Part shown: positions 9,552-19,314 of the stretch, in pieces | Layout: every line of letters starts with the position of its first letter | Position numbering within the stretch: the stretch's first letter is position 1 | Assembly (NCBI GenBank): GCA_023395595.1 | Contig: JAEWYO010000036.1 | Location: forward strand, 1,852 to 65,851 | Reading direction: 5' to 3' | DNA: 64,000 nt | Source of the DNA: Bacillota bacterium | GTDB lineage: Bacteria > Bacillota > Clostridia > Christensenellales > CAG-138 | Translations under genes and position numbers: made by a program | Notes under the pieces: model-generated | Database searches by the model: none | What the model was told of the DNA's origin: nothing | The model's input: only the letters and a program-made list of their open reading frames with translations

Positions 9552-10148
9552 ATGCAATATGATAAGCGGCAGGTCGCGGAGAAGCTCGTCCGCTGGGAAC
9601 GCTTTCTCGGCTCCTATCATTTGCCCGAATGGGAAGAATTGCCGCAGATTGCGCTGTATCTGGATCAGGTGATTGCGCTGGTGAATCAGTATCTCGGCTT
9701 CTTTGTCTATGATCCCGCCGAGGAAAAGCTGCTCACGCCTTCGATGGTCAACAACTACGTCAAGCTGCGCCTGATTCCTGCGCCCGTGCGAAAAAAGTAC
9801 GGTAGAAAGCACATTGCGCTGTTGCTAATGGTCTGTACGTTTAAGCAATCGGTGAGCATGGCGGCGATGGCGGACATGCTCCCGCCGGACGACGAGGAAT
9901 TGATCCATCAGGAATATGTACGCTTCATCGCGTCCTACCAGCGCATTTCGCGCTATGTGGTGCAGCAGGCAAAGGCCAGCGCCGAGCCGATCTATGACGA
10001 AACAAGCAACACCGGCACCGAGGTGAGCGATCTCGTGGTCGGCTCCGCGATTGCGGCGAGTTTCGCGCGGCTGCTTGCGGGCAAGCTCATCGCCCTGCAT
10101 CTGCCGCAGGAGCAGGATACCCTCGGCGAAGTGTTCGACCGCGAATAA
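9552..10148 (+). CDS. DUF1836 domain protein
   Basis: AGGAG RBS. The sequence PEWEELPQIALYLDQVI...TPSMVNNYVKLRLIPAP is typical of DUF1836, which is commonly divergent from degV. Confidence 0.75.
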   Translation: MQYDKRQVAEKLVRWERFLGSYHLPEWEELPQIALYLDQVIALVNQYLGFFVYDPAEEKLLTPSMVNNYVKLRLIPAPVRKKYGRKHIALLLMVCTFKQSVSMAAMADMLPPDDEELIHQEYVRFIASYQRISRYVVQQAKASAEPIYDETSNTGTEVSDLVVGSAIAASFARLLAGKLIALHLPQEQDTLGEVFDRE

Positions 10149-10173
10149 GAAAAAGCAAGCGTCAAAACGCAGC

Positions 10174-10208
10174 CAGGCTCCGGGAAGACCCCGAAGCCTG
10201 TTTTTTTT
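10174..10208 (+). terminator. Rho-independent terminator
   Basis: The CAGGCTCCGGG-aaga-CCCCGAAGCCTG hairpin is followed by T8. Confidence 0.6.
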
Positions 10209-10230
10209 GCATATACTCTTTTGTCGCAAA

Positions 10231-10947
10231 TTATTTTTTGCGCAGTGCAATAGCGATGAAATTAAAGTACTTGCCCGCGCCCGCGTTCATCGCGGCTCTG
10301 TCCATAACGGCGTATTCGTTCTCCGTCTTCAGCCAATCTTGCCAGCATTCCTCATTGCTCTCCATCTCCTCGATTGAAATGATCTCGATTCCCCCGGTTG
10401 CCTCAATCACGTCTCGCCAATAGACCGCGTCGTGGATGGTGTCGAGGTCTTCCGCACTCCATGAGGTCAGCATCTCTTTGGGGATATCCGCATGGATGTC
10501 GTGATGAAATCCCGGCACGACGAGGAGAATCCAGCCACCGGGTTTGACCAGCGGGAGCAGATGCTTGCCCAGATACGCCTTGTCCAGCCCGAAGTAATGA
10601 TAGGAATCCACACTGACCACCGCGTCGAAGAAATTCTCCGCAAAGGGCAGCGTGTGCGCGTCCTCGTGAATCGGAACGATCTGCTCGTTGGTCAGCCCCT
10701 GCGCCACAAAGCGCTGCCAGTTTTCACTTGCGCTAATCCAAAGATCGACTGCAAACACTCGAAGCGCATATTCTTTGGCAAGCATGATGGACGTAACGCC
10801 CTGTCCGCAGCCGAGGTCCATGATGGTTTGCCCCGCTTCCAACGGAAAGCGGTTCATCAGCTCTTCGAGCAGCTTTGCGGGGTTTGGCCCCATAATGTTA
10901 TTTTTAATCAAGTTCGGGTCCATTTTATTTGCTTTCGGGTAGTTCAT
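10231..10947 (-). CDS. Class I SAM-dependent methyltransferase
   Basis: SAM motif I IMDLGCGQGVTS is present, followed by an acidic residue (VFAVDLW). GAGGA RBS. Confidence 0.8.
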   Translation of the reverse strand: MNYPKANKMDPNLIKNNIMGPNPAKLLEELMNRFPLEAGQTIMDLGCGQGVTSIMLAKEYALRVFAVDLWISASENWQRFVAQGLTNEQIVPIHEDAHTLPFAENFFDAVVSVDSYHYFGLDKAYLGKHLLPLVKPGGWILLVVPGFHHDIHADIPKEMLTSWSAEDLDTIHDAVYWRDVIEATGGIEIISIEEMESNEECWQDWLKTENEYAVMDRAAMNAGAGKYFNFIAIALRKK

Positions 10948-11264
10948 CTGTATATCCTCTCAATTCTGTTGTATTTATCTATTTGGATTGTTTGCCCCAA
11001 TAACAAAAACGGCACGGAAGCTCCATGCCGAACAAATCTCTTTGAAGTTCGTTCAAAAAAGAAGTCCTCTAGCTTGGCGCGTTTCTGTTTGGAAAGCGTA
11101 CATCGAAACAAACGCATCGATTGCGCTTGTGTTGCTTCGAACAATTGTCTCGCGTTCCGTTACAGAACCGACGTCAAACAGACACTTCCCTTCTCTTTCA
11201 AAACTTATATTCCGTGCTGGTTTTGATACTAGCAAACCCTGACGCAAAAATCAAGCTGCCGGAT

Positions 11265-12314
11265 TCAATCGTTCTTGAGCGTTTGCAGCATCTGAAGCGC
11301 AAACGAATCCATCCGCTGCGCAATCCCCTCCGCCTGCATGGCTTCGCCGGGGTGGTTTGCGGTCTGCATCAGGCAAAAACGCGGCGGAAGCGAGAATGTT
11401 TTGTTTAGGCACAGCGCGCCGAGCACCTGCTGTGCGATGATATCGCTGCCGCTGTAGCCGGAGACGATCACGGCGTAAAGCTGCTTTTCGTAGAGCGAGT
11501 TATAGACCAGCACGCTCGTGAGGCGATTGATGAACGCAAGGATATTCGCGCTCACGCTGTCGTTGTAGTTCGGGCAGAGCAGCAAGAGCGCGTCGCACTC
11601 GTTGATCGCGGGAAACACATCGTTGGTGATCACGCCGCCGTAGAAACAGCTGTTTTGCCGCGCAAAGTGCGCACAGGTTTTATAGGAACAACCCCGGCAG
11701 TCGAAAATTGCACCGTTTTGGAGCGAGATTTCGTGGATGTCGCAGTAGGGCGAAATCCGCTCGGACAGCGCCATACCGATTTGCAGTGTGTTGGAGGTTG
11801 TCCGGTCACTCGCGTGCAGCAGCAGCACCTTTGGCCGCGTCTTTTTTACGGGACAAAAATGGATCAGCCGCTGCACCAGTTCGCGCGCGGCCTGGTGGTA
11901 TGCCCCCGTGAGGGAAACGCCGCGCCGGAGGGATTGCACATTCCAATTATCGAGCGAACCCGTCGCCTCCACAAGCGGTTTGCCCGGAAAACGGCAGCCG
12001 GCAAGATTTGCCGCAAGCGCCAGCATATCCGCCGTCTGCTTGGTGTAGAGTTCGCCCGCGCCGTCGAGCAGGATCGCGCCCGTTGCGCCCTCCATCGCCG
12101 CCGGGTTTTGCCTTAACGTCGCAATCAGCGCCATCACGTCCGCGTCCAGACCGTGCTCGCTCAGCCCAACCGCAAAGAGCACGCGGTTTCCCGCAAGGCG
12201 CGGGAGCGCATCCGCGCTCATCACCCGCTCGTGCGCAGCGCCTTCCAGCGCATAGGCGAGGGTTTCGTTCAAACGCGTATTCTCGTTGCAGAGTACGACG
12301 ATGATGTCACTCAT
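11265..12314 (-). CDS. Two-domain flavodoxin-like / NADPH-dependent FMN reductase family protein
   Basis: The start overlaps the upstream stop (ATGA). The C-terminal half (KVLLLHASDRTTSNT..., CRGCSYKTC, DALLLLCPNYNDSVSANILAFINR) resembles the iron-sulfur flavoprotein/FMN reductase fold. The N-terminal ~150 aa are unassigned. Confidence 0.6.
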   Translation of the reverse strand: MSDIIVVLCNENTRLNETLAYALEGAAHERVMSADALPRLAGNRVLFAVGLSEHGLDADVMALIATLRQNPAAMEGATGAILLDGAGELYTKQTADMLALAANLAGCRFPGKPLVEATGSLDNWNVQSLRRGVSLTGAYHQAARELVQRLIHFCPVKKTRPKVLLLHASDRTTSNTLQIGMALSERISPYCDIHEISLQNGAIFDCRGCSYKTCAHFARQNSCFYGGVITNDVFPAINECDALLLLCPNYNDSVSANILAFINRLTSVLVYNSLYEKQLYAVIVSGYSGSDIIAQQVLGALCLNKTFSLPPRFCLMQTANHPGEAMQAEGIAQRMDSFALQMLQTLKND

Positions 12315-13546
12315 CCGATTTGAAATTCCTCCAGTTTTCGGTAGCTCTCCGAAACACGTTGGTAGAGGTCAGGATGCAATTCTTCCCGCCTTTGTTCGGC
12401 GCCGGCCGGGGTCAGCCGCGCACGGCAGCCGAAGTAAGCCCCGCCGAGCGGAACCGCCGCGTCGTGCCATTCCCCGCGCAGCGCACGAAGCACCGAGACA
12501 GCGGCAGACGAAAGCCCCGGCGCAAGATACGGCTTGAATCCGAGCGAACGCACTGTGAGATTCGCCGTCTCCGCCTTGTGTGTGAGTGTGCGCGAGCACG
12601 CCGCATCATACCCTTCGTTTGGCGTGTTTGCGATCACGAGCCCGTTTCCGTGCGGGCCGTAGACGCGCAAGTGCTCCACAGGAACGCCCTCGCGCTCGGC
12701 GGAATAGATCGCGCGCGCGTGCATGACCCCGAGGCCAAAGCCGCGCACCTGCTCCGGCAGCAGCCCGTTTCCGTCGAATTCGCCCGCGTCGTTTTGGTTG
12801 CTCATGAGGAATACCGCGCGGCTGAGTTGATCCACCGGATCGGATATCTGGCAAAACAACCCCGCAAAGCCGCTCTCCCGCGCGGCGCGCGCATAGGCGC
12901 GCAAGAGTTCGCGGTTGGCAGAAAACTGCATCATCCGCACATCCCCGCCGCTCTCCGCGCCGACCTCCGGCACGGCACGCGCGGCGGTAAAGAGCAGTGC
13001 GTCACAGTCAAACAACGCCTCTTCATGCAGTACACGAATGCTCGGGAGCGTGTCCCCATCCCGCACGGGCAAAACCTGATTCAGCTCCGCTTCATAGCGC
13101 AGGCACTGGTTTTCATCGCGGTCATAGATGCCAATCTCGGCCAAATCCGTGCCGAGAAGCTTGAGCCCGATTGCCGTCGTGCCGCCAACGTTGCCGAGGC
13201 CGACGAGATTCACGCGCGGCTTGGTTGTTCCGCGCGCACGAAAGGTGCAGAGCACCGGAAACCAACGAGAAAACGCCGTGTTGGCGACGCTTGCGCCGTG
13301 CTCTTTCACAAACTCCGCGAGCGCATCGTCCTTTGCCACGTTCGGCGGCGGCAGAAGCAGCGCGATACCCTCCGCCTCGTCCAACTCCACCAGAGACGAA
13401 ATTGCAAACAGCCCACGGCTCTTTTGCGGGTCTCGCTCGACCAAAAACACGAGCGGGTCAAATGGCTGCGCAACCGCAACCGCGCCCTCCGGCAGTCTTC
13501 CGCCGTGGTCCGCGAGGCAAAATCCTTCATACGCGTAATACTTCAT
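12311..13546 (-). CDS. Divergent lactate/malate dehydrogenase family protein with an N-terminal extension
   Basis: Rossmann motif VNLVGLGNVGGTTA is present, with an LDH-like DPVD and YGPHGNG (compare GEHGD). ATG 13546 lies 9 nt after a GGAGGA embedded in the end of the upstream gene. Confidence 0.6.
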   Translation of the reverse strand: MKYYAYEGFCLADHGGRLPEGAVAVAQPFDPLVFLVERDPQKSRGLFAISSLVELDEAEGIALLLPPPNVAKDDALAEFVKEHGASVANTAFSRWFPVLCTFRARGTTKPRVNLVGLGNVGGTTAIGLKLLGTDLAEIGIYDRDENQCLRYEAELNQVLPVRDGDTLPSIRVLHEEALFDCDALLFTAARAVPEVGAESGGDVRMMQFSANRELLRAYARAARESGFAGLFCQISDPVDQLSRAVFLMSNQNDAGEFDGNGLLPEQVRGFGLGVMHARAIYSAEREGVPVEHLRVYGPHGNGLVIANTPNEGYDAACSRTLTHKAETANLTVRSLGFKPYLAPGLSSAAVSVLRALRGEWHDAAVPLGGAYFGCRARLTPAGAEQRREELHPDLYQRVSESYRKLEEFQIG

Positions 13547-13548
13547 GT

Positions 13549-16500
13549 TCAAACGTCCTCCGCGTTGGAGATGCGCCGCATCTGCCGAATATCGTCTTTT
13601 AGGAAGGCGGAAGCCACCACGTTGAGGTCATATTGCATATGCGCGCCCTTGTCCGGCAGGCGCGGGCGCACCAGCGCCTCACCCAGCCGCCGGAGCGTGA
13701 GCCCCGTTCCCTGCAGCTTGAGATAGCGATCCTCCAGCACCGAGAGGATGGTTAACGTGTTGCCCAGCGCCACGCGGGAATAATGCCGGACGGCGGGCGG
13801 CGGCGCGCCATGCAGATATTTGGGATATTGATAGGGCAAAATCAGATTGATGCTCGGCGGATAGTCCCGCTCCACAATCCCGCCCGAGACGCTGTCTCCG
13901 CCGATGAAGGGATACAGCAGGCTCTCCGTGAACCAATATCGCATGTTCGGGATAAAGTATTCGCAGTCCACATTGCGCTTTTGTTCGCGCATGAGGTCTA
14001 GCCCCCTGCCGGAGAGAATGCCGACGAGGATGCGCTCCACCTCCACGCCCTGACCGCGAAACAGCGGGTCGAGCTTCTCCCAACGATAACCGTTGTGCAG
14101 CAGATCGTCCACCAGCAGCACGGGACGGCGGAAGGATTTGATCGTCTTGACCTGATTGGAAAGCTGGGAATAACCGGGGGATTCTTCAATGTCAAAGCCG
14201 CTCTCGTTGGCGTGGAACACCTTGTCCGCGTGGAGCGCTTTGGTCACCGTGTTTGGCACGATTGTCTCGGCGAGAATCTTGCCATATGGCACGCACATCG
14301 CACGGCCGAGCGTCTTCTGCGTCGGCGGCACGTTGGAAACGCCGTTGAGCGCACGCACTTTTTCGATGAGCCCGTCGTTGATCGCGTCCATGTCGAAGCT
14401 CAGCAGCAGCGTGCCCGGAAACATCGCGCAGATGGATTTTCGCAGTGCCGGGCGTGTGGATTCCACCGCCGCGCGAACCGCCTCATCCGAGGCAAACGGT
14501 TCCTTGATGCATTGCAGTGTGTCCTCGAGCAGTACCAGCGGCGCGCGCATATCCGCGTAAAGCAGCGCGCTCTCGTCCGGTACGGGCAAGAAGCCGAGTT
14601 GGGACGCAACCTCGCGCTCCGTCTCCTCCGCGCAGCGATAGAGCGCAAAGGTGTGCTCCCGAATCAGTGAGCGTGCCAGCAGATCGCACAGCAGCGCGCG
14701 CAGAGGTTCACCCGTTCCGCTTGTTTCCTCGATCCAGAGAATGCGACCGGATGCCAGCCGGCGCACGGTCTCCGTTGCCCCCCGCAGATCGCCCAGCACA
14801 TCGTAGAGATCCGTCACGCTCACACTCCGGCTACGGATGCGCGCGCGCAGTTCGCCCGCGTCGTCGCGATAGGTTGCGGCGTATTCCTCGCCCGTCTCGC
14901 GCACCTCGCAGCGGCGGGTGGGCAACTCGTTGATCTCCTGCTTGTATTGCGGCATGCGCAGATACAGCCCGCGCGCATAGATAAAATCCTGCACCACGGG
15001 ATCGACCATCATGCCGATGTCCATGTCCTTGTCGATGTATTCGCGAATTTGCGTACTGCTCGCGCTCTCGTAATAGGCAGGAAGCGAGAGCGAGATCACG
15101 CGTCCGCGCAACAAATCCTCCGCGCGGCGGTTTTCGTCCGGCTTAGCCTGCTCCACGCGGGTAAAGAGAATGTGATGATAGGTTGCCGCCGTGCCCGGCC
15201 CGCTCTGGCGATAGGCGCTGGCGTTGAGGATGACGTCGCTGCCCGCAACGAGATACAGTTCCCGGTCGCGGAAGAGTTGGCTGAGGTTTTTGAGATCCTC
15301 CGGCACGGCGAGGTTGACCGGAATATCGTCCGGGAAGAGATAGACGTCCGGCAGGTTGGCGGCTGACATGCTCACAATCTGGCGGCGCATGAGCTTCGCC
15401 AGCGTGCGCTTGCTCCAGGAAAACTCGTCCACCGCAAGGTAAACCTCAAACCCGTGGGCGCGGATTTCCTCGACAATGCGCTTGTGCCCCGCCGAAAACG
15501 GGTCGAACGTGCCGGGGAAGAACGCGACGGGCTTGAGCGGATCAAACGCAAATCCGCCGCCGGTTTCGCAGCGCGTGATGAAGCGATAGAGATGGTTGAG
15601 CATCGCCGCTTCATTGAAAAACGCGAGCATACCGTCCCGCCGCTCGCCAAGCAGCGTGAGCAGTTTTTTGCCAAAGCGCACGAGGCAGGCTCTGCGCGCG
15701 TCCAGCGGGCAGCCCTCATTGCCGAAATACATCCGGCAGATGACCTCCAGCGCGGTGAGACGGATGCTGTCGTCAAAATGTGCGACGCCCGTGAGCAGCA
15801 GGCCAAACACCCGCTCGTAGACCGCGTCCGCGCGGGCGGTGTTGTCCGTCGCATAGCCGGAGAGCACGGCGCAGAGCGTCGAGAGTGCGGCGCGCGCCGC
15901 GCGTGTGTTTGCCGCGCGCAGCAGGTCTTCGAGATAGTCGATTCCCTCGTCCATCTCTTTTTCCGGCACGCTGCAGATCAGCCTGCCCAGATACGGCGGA
16001 ATATAGCCGGAGATTTCATTTTGCCCGGTCTCGAGTTCGCGCAAGAGATCGACCATGATCTCGTTTCGCTGATCGACCGACAGCACGGCGGAGACCTCCA
16101 CCAGTGCCTCACCCGCGCGTTCACGCACGGGCAGATGTTCGCTGACCGAAAGCAGGTTGCTCAAGTGCATCGCGATATGGAACGCTTCCTCGGGATGCAC
16201 GTGTACATAGTCGCAAAGATGGTCGATATGCACAAGCTTCATCGTCCAGGTGATGCTGCTCTTGAGGTTGCTTAAGTAGATTTCGCCGACCGGTAGCGCC
16301 GGTTCTTCCAGTGAGGACAATCCCGCGCGTTTTCTGAGGCGGTTGAATAGCCAGACGGAGGCAAACTCCGCGTCGGGCTGGAGCTTGATGCTCTCACACG
16401 CGTGCAGTAGCAGTTTGGGGTCACCATCCGCCACCGCGCTGAGCGCGCGCAGGGCGCGGATGCGTACCCGCGCCTCCGGGGAAGCGGCGGCCCCGCCGAG

Positions 16501-18210
16501 AATCGGCAGCATGCGCTCCACTTCCGCGCGCTGCATGACCTCCTGCGGAATCTGCGTGAGGGTATCCATCAGTGCGAGCAGGTCTTCCCCGCCGCTGAAG
16601 AACATCCGGCGGTAAATCTTGTCCCAATAGCCGCGCCGCTCCTCCGGCATGCAGCGGGAAAAGAGGCTGCCCGCAATGGTCTTGAGAGAGTTGCTGATGC
16701 GCGTCGCATGTTTTTGCGAAATTTTGTAGTCGGGATGCAGACACAGCTCGATATAATCGTCCCAGAGCGCGATGCTCTCGCTCAGCACCGCGTGCAGCGC
16801 GGGCGCAATGGCGAGCGAACCAGCACCGCGCGGGAGTTCTTTGCGATAGCGCGGGCCGGAGTTGGCGAGGATTGCGCCCATGATTTTCCCCGCGTGGCGG
16901 CGCACATCTCCGTCATGATGCATCAGCAGTTCATACAAAAAGCGCAGGGTAAGCAGCTTATGCGTGCGGGTCATATAGGTGCTGTATTCTTCAAACAGCA
17001 GCAGATACGTGCGGATGCGGCTGAGGTTTTTCTCGTCCCGCGCCTGCTCCAGCAGCGCCTCAAACGTGTCGCTCACCGAAATCGTGTGCATCAGGTGGAT
17101 GTTGTTGCCAAACGCGTGGTTGCACAGCGCGCGGATGACCTCGTCCTGCGAGAGCAGTGCCGCGTCCTTCTTCTCCGCGGGCAGCAGTGCTTCCGCGCTG
17201 GGGTTCGGGTTCACGCCGTAGCTGACCAAGAACCGCTCGAAGTCATCGAGCTTTTTATACACCGTCTCGTAGCGCAGGCGCTTCTCCGGCGTCATGTCCG
17301 CAAGTTTGACAAAGATGCGGTCGCGCGATTCGGTCAGAGGGCTGACGACGGTCTGCTCCTTGCCGTCCGCGCCGCGTTCTGCGCGCACGCGAAAATCGGC
17401 ATAGATCAGGATCAGCGATTCGATCGGTAGATTTTCAAACTCCAAATCCCAGGTGGAGTGGTTCGCCGCGATGTGCGCGATATCCGGCATATTTCGCTCT
17501 TCGAGCCACTTCCAGGTGTAATAATAGTGCAGATACGGGATGCGCGGCATGTCCTCACCGCGGCAGCCAAATTTTCCGATGTCGTGCGCCAGCGCGGCGC
17601 AGGCAGCCAGCGCGGTATCCACGGGCAATCCCGCGAGCTTTGCCTGCCGTGCTGTGTGGCACGCCACATGCCGCACACCGAAGGTATGCCCCGCCGGATC
17701 AAACGGCATGATCTCCTTGCCGATGCGTAGCAGTTCTCGATAGTTGCTCTTCCTCATCGCCTCGGCAAAGAGCACACATTGCTCCCGAACCGGGCTTGCA
17801 TCCAGCTCCTCCTGAGAAACGGGCAGATAGTCCAGCAGCGGATCGAAGGACTGCTCCCGCTCCGCGTCCATCAGGCGGGAGAGCACGGTTAAATAGAGCT
17901 TCAGCGCGCTTTTTTGCCCCTTGTTGGATCGCGGCGCGCCCGAATAAGGGTACAATCCGGCGGAGAGCGCTTCATATGCGTGCGCCAGCACCCCTTCTTC
18001 CGGCATCTCGCCCACGCGGCGAATCAACGGCTCGCACAGCGCGGCAACAGCGGCGCAGGAAACGCGCAAACCTAACATAGCGCAATAGTCCGCGTCAAAC
18101 TTTGTTTTCGCCGTCCACGCACGCAATTGTTTGTTGGTTACGCCCGTGTTTTTCGACAGCTCCGCGTAGAGCGCGTCCAGCGCGCCGTTGTTCGCGGTTC
18201 GCTCGTCCAT
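13549..18210 (-). CDS. 1553-aa multidomain protein: HD domain, long helical region, NadD/cytidylyltransferase-like nucleotidyltransferase, PRT-like C-terminus
   Basis: ATG 18210 is preceded by GGAGG. HD motifs are present (HTFGVRHVA...LAHDIGKF). Nucleotidyltransferase motifs are FPGTFDPFSAGH and SASSTQIREYI. A PRPP-loop-like RPVLLVDDLLHNG is present. I recall no characterised homologue. Confidence 0.8.
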   Translation of the reverse strand: MDERTANNGALDALYAELSKNTGVTNKQLRAWTAKTKFDADYCAMLGLRVSCAAVAALCEPLIRRVGEMPEEGVLAHAYEALSAGLYPYSGAPRSNKGQKSALKLYLTVLSRLMDAEREQSFDPLLDYLPVSQEELDASPVREQCVLFAEAMRKSNYRELLRIGKEIMPFDPAGHTFGVRHVACHTARQAKLAGLPVDTALAACAALAHDIGKFGCRGEDMPRIPYLHYYYTWKWLEERNMPDIAHIAANHSTWDLEFENLPIESLILIYADFRVRAERGADGKEQTVVSPLTESRDRIFVKLADMTPEKRLRYETVYKKLDDFERFLVSYGVNPNPSAEALLPAEKKDAALLSQDEVIRALCNHAFGNNIHLMHTISVSDTFEALLEQARDEKNLSRIRTYLLLFEEYSTYMTRTHKLLTLRFLYELLMHHDGDVRRHAGKIMGAILANSGPRYRKELPRGAGSLAIAPALHAVLSESIALWDDYIELCLHPDYKISQKHATRISNSLKTIAGSLFSRCMPEERRGYWDKIYRRMFFSGGEDLLALMDTLTQIPQEVMQRAEVERMLPILGGAAASPEARVRIRALRALSAVADGDPKLLLHACESIKLQPDAEFASVWLFNRLRKRAGLSSLEEPALPVGEIYLSNLKSSITWTMKLVHIDHLCDYVHVHPEEAFHIAMHLSNLLSVSEHLPVRERAGEALVEVSAVLSVDQRNEIMVDLLRELETGQNEISGYIPPYLGRLICSVPEKEMDEGIDYLEDLLRAANTRAARAALSTLCAVLSGYATDNTARADAVYERVFGLLLTGVAHFDDSIRLTALEVICRMYFGNEGCPLDARRACLVRFGKKLLTLLGERRDGMLAFFNEAAMLNHLYRFITRCETGGGFAFDPLKPVAFFPGTFDPFSAGHKRIVEEIRAHGFEVYLAVDEFSWSKRTLAKLMRRQIVSMSAANLPDVYLFPDDIPVNLAVPEDLKNLSQLFRDRELYLVAGSDVILNASAYRQSGPGTAATYHHILFTRVEQAKPDENRRAEDLLRGRVISLSLPAYYESASSTQIREYIDKDMDIGMMVDPVVQDFIYARGLYLRMPQYKQEINELPTRRCEVRETGEEYAATYRDDAGELRARIRSRSVSVTDLYDVLGDLRGATETVRRLASGRILWIEETSGTGEPLRALLCDLLARSLIREHTFALYRCAEETEREVASQLGFLPVPDESALLYADMRAPLVLLEDTLQCIKEPFASDEAVRAAVESTRPALRKSICAMFPGTLLLSFDMDAINDGLIEKVRALNGVSNVPPTQKTLGRAMCVPYGKILAETIVPNTVTKALHADKVFHANESGFDIEESPGYSQLSNQVKTIKSFRRPVLLVDDLLHNGYRWEKLDPLFRGQGVEVERILVGILSGRGLDLMREQKRNVDCEYFIPNMRYWFTESLLYPFIGGDSVSGGIVERDYPPSINLILPYQYPKYLHGAPPPAVRHYSRVALGNTLTILSVLEDRYLKLQGTGLTLRRLGEALVRPRLPDKGAHMQYDLNVVASAFLKDDIRQMRRISNAEDV

Positions 18211-18459
18211 AGCCAAATCCTCCGTCCAGTGAAACAATCTTCTTGCGGATTCTTGTGTCTCACTGGTTCTTTGATTGTATCTCTGTATTGCGATTGTATA
18301 GATAGGAAGCAATCTTGAAAAATTTTCTGATACCTTTATTTTAATCAGATTTCGTTCGCCTGTCGAGCGAAAAGAGAGAATATTGTGCGCGTGCCGCACC
18401 CCCGCTCAGCAAAAAAGTGCATTGTCACAACGTGTTTGCATTCGCTGTGTTTCGCCCAC

Positions 18460-18507
18460 TTGACAAAAACGCGAATCGGTGTAAACATATGAGAGTAATT
18501 CTCATAT
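18460..18507 (+). promoter_or_regulatory. Putative promoter (TTGACA) and Fur-family (Zur) operator palindrome
   Basis: TTGACA lies at 18460-18465. The AT-rich inverted repeat ATATGAGA-gtaat-TCTCATAT at 18487-18507 sits over the expected -10/start region upstream of zur. Confidence 0.45.
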
Positions 18508-18574
18508 TTGGTTTTCGTTCGATGTAAAATTCGGATGTGAACCAAACGGGAAAACCATTCAGGAGGCAATCGCT

Positions 18575-18994
18575 TTGGCGGAATACGAAACAAAACAACG
18601 GCGGATTCTGCTGGACTATCTCAAGGCACATCCCGACCGGGGTTTTTCGGTGGAAGAGCTTTACGATGGGCTTTGTACCGAACACGCGGCGGACATTGTG
18701 CCCGGCAAAAGCACGCTCTATCGGCTGATTGCGCGGCTGGTGTCCGAAGGCCTCGTCAAGCGCTTTGCCGCGGGTCAGGGTAGACAGTTTGCCTATCAAA
18801 TCGTTGCGTGCGATGCGTGTGACGCGCACCTGCACCTCAAATGCACCACATGCGGCAGCCTCTATCACATGGATCACGCGGTGAGCGAGCAAATCATGCG
18901 AGAGGTGCTCAGCAGAAGCGATTTTTCGCTGGACGAAAAAGAGACCGTGCTATTTGGCGTGTGTAAGGGCTGCAAGCTCCGGCAAAGGAAATGA
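18575..18994 (+). CDS. zur: Fur family transcriptional repressor, probably Zur
   Basis: TTG start 8 nt after AGGAGG. It has a winged-helix N-terminus (RRILLDYLKAHP) and two CxxC pairs (CDAC...; CTTCG...CKGC). It is the first gene of a zinc ABC transporter operon. Confidence 0.7.
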   Translation: MAEYETKQRRILLDYLKAHPDRGFSVEELYDGLCTEHAADIVPGKSTLYRLIARLVSEGLVKRFAAGQGRQFAYQIVACDACDAHLHLKCTTCGSLYHMDHAVSEQIMREVLSRSDFSLDEKETVLFGVCKGCKLRQRK

Positions 18995-19314
18995 GGACGC
19001 GATTGAATCTCTCTTCCTCAAAAACACATCGTGCGCTGGCGTTCTTCCTCGTTCTTTTGTTTGGATTTTCTCTGTTGCTTGGCGCGGCGTTTGTGCTTGC
19101 CGAGCTGCATCATTCTTGCACGGGCGAGGATTGCAAAGTCTGCGCGGCGGTTGCGCACACAGTGTCGTTTCTCAAGGCGGAGACCGCCTCGTTCACCTTG
19201 TCGGGGTTGCTTGCCGTTTGGCTCTTAGCTGTGACGTTTGCGAGAGAATTCCCCAAGCAGGCGCTTGCAGAGACCTTTTCGCTCGTAACCCTCAAGGTGA
19301 AGCTGTCCGATTGA
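18991..19314 (+). CDS. Small membrane protein with a HHSCTGEDCKVCA motif
   Basis: ATGA overlap with the zur stop. The 107-aa product has two predicted TM helices flanking the Cys/His cluster. No function is known to me. Confidence 0.55.
   Translation: MRTRLNLSSSKTHRALAFFLVLLFGFSLLLGAAFVLAELHHSCTGEDCKVCAAVAHTVSFLKAETASFTLSGLLAVWLLAVTFAREFPKQALAETFSLVTLKVKLSD

Noticed and set aside
12320-13726. A 468-aa plus-strand ORF opposite the LDH-like gene.
   Set aside because: Same reasoning: Arg-rich composition, no motifs, and complete overlap with a translationally coupled minus-strand operon.
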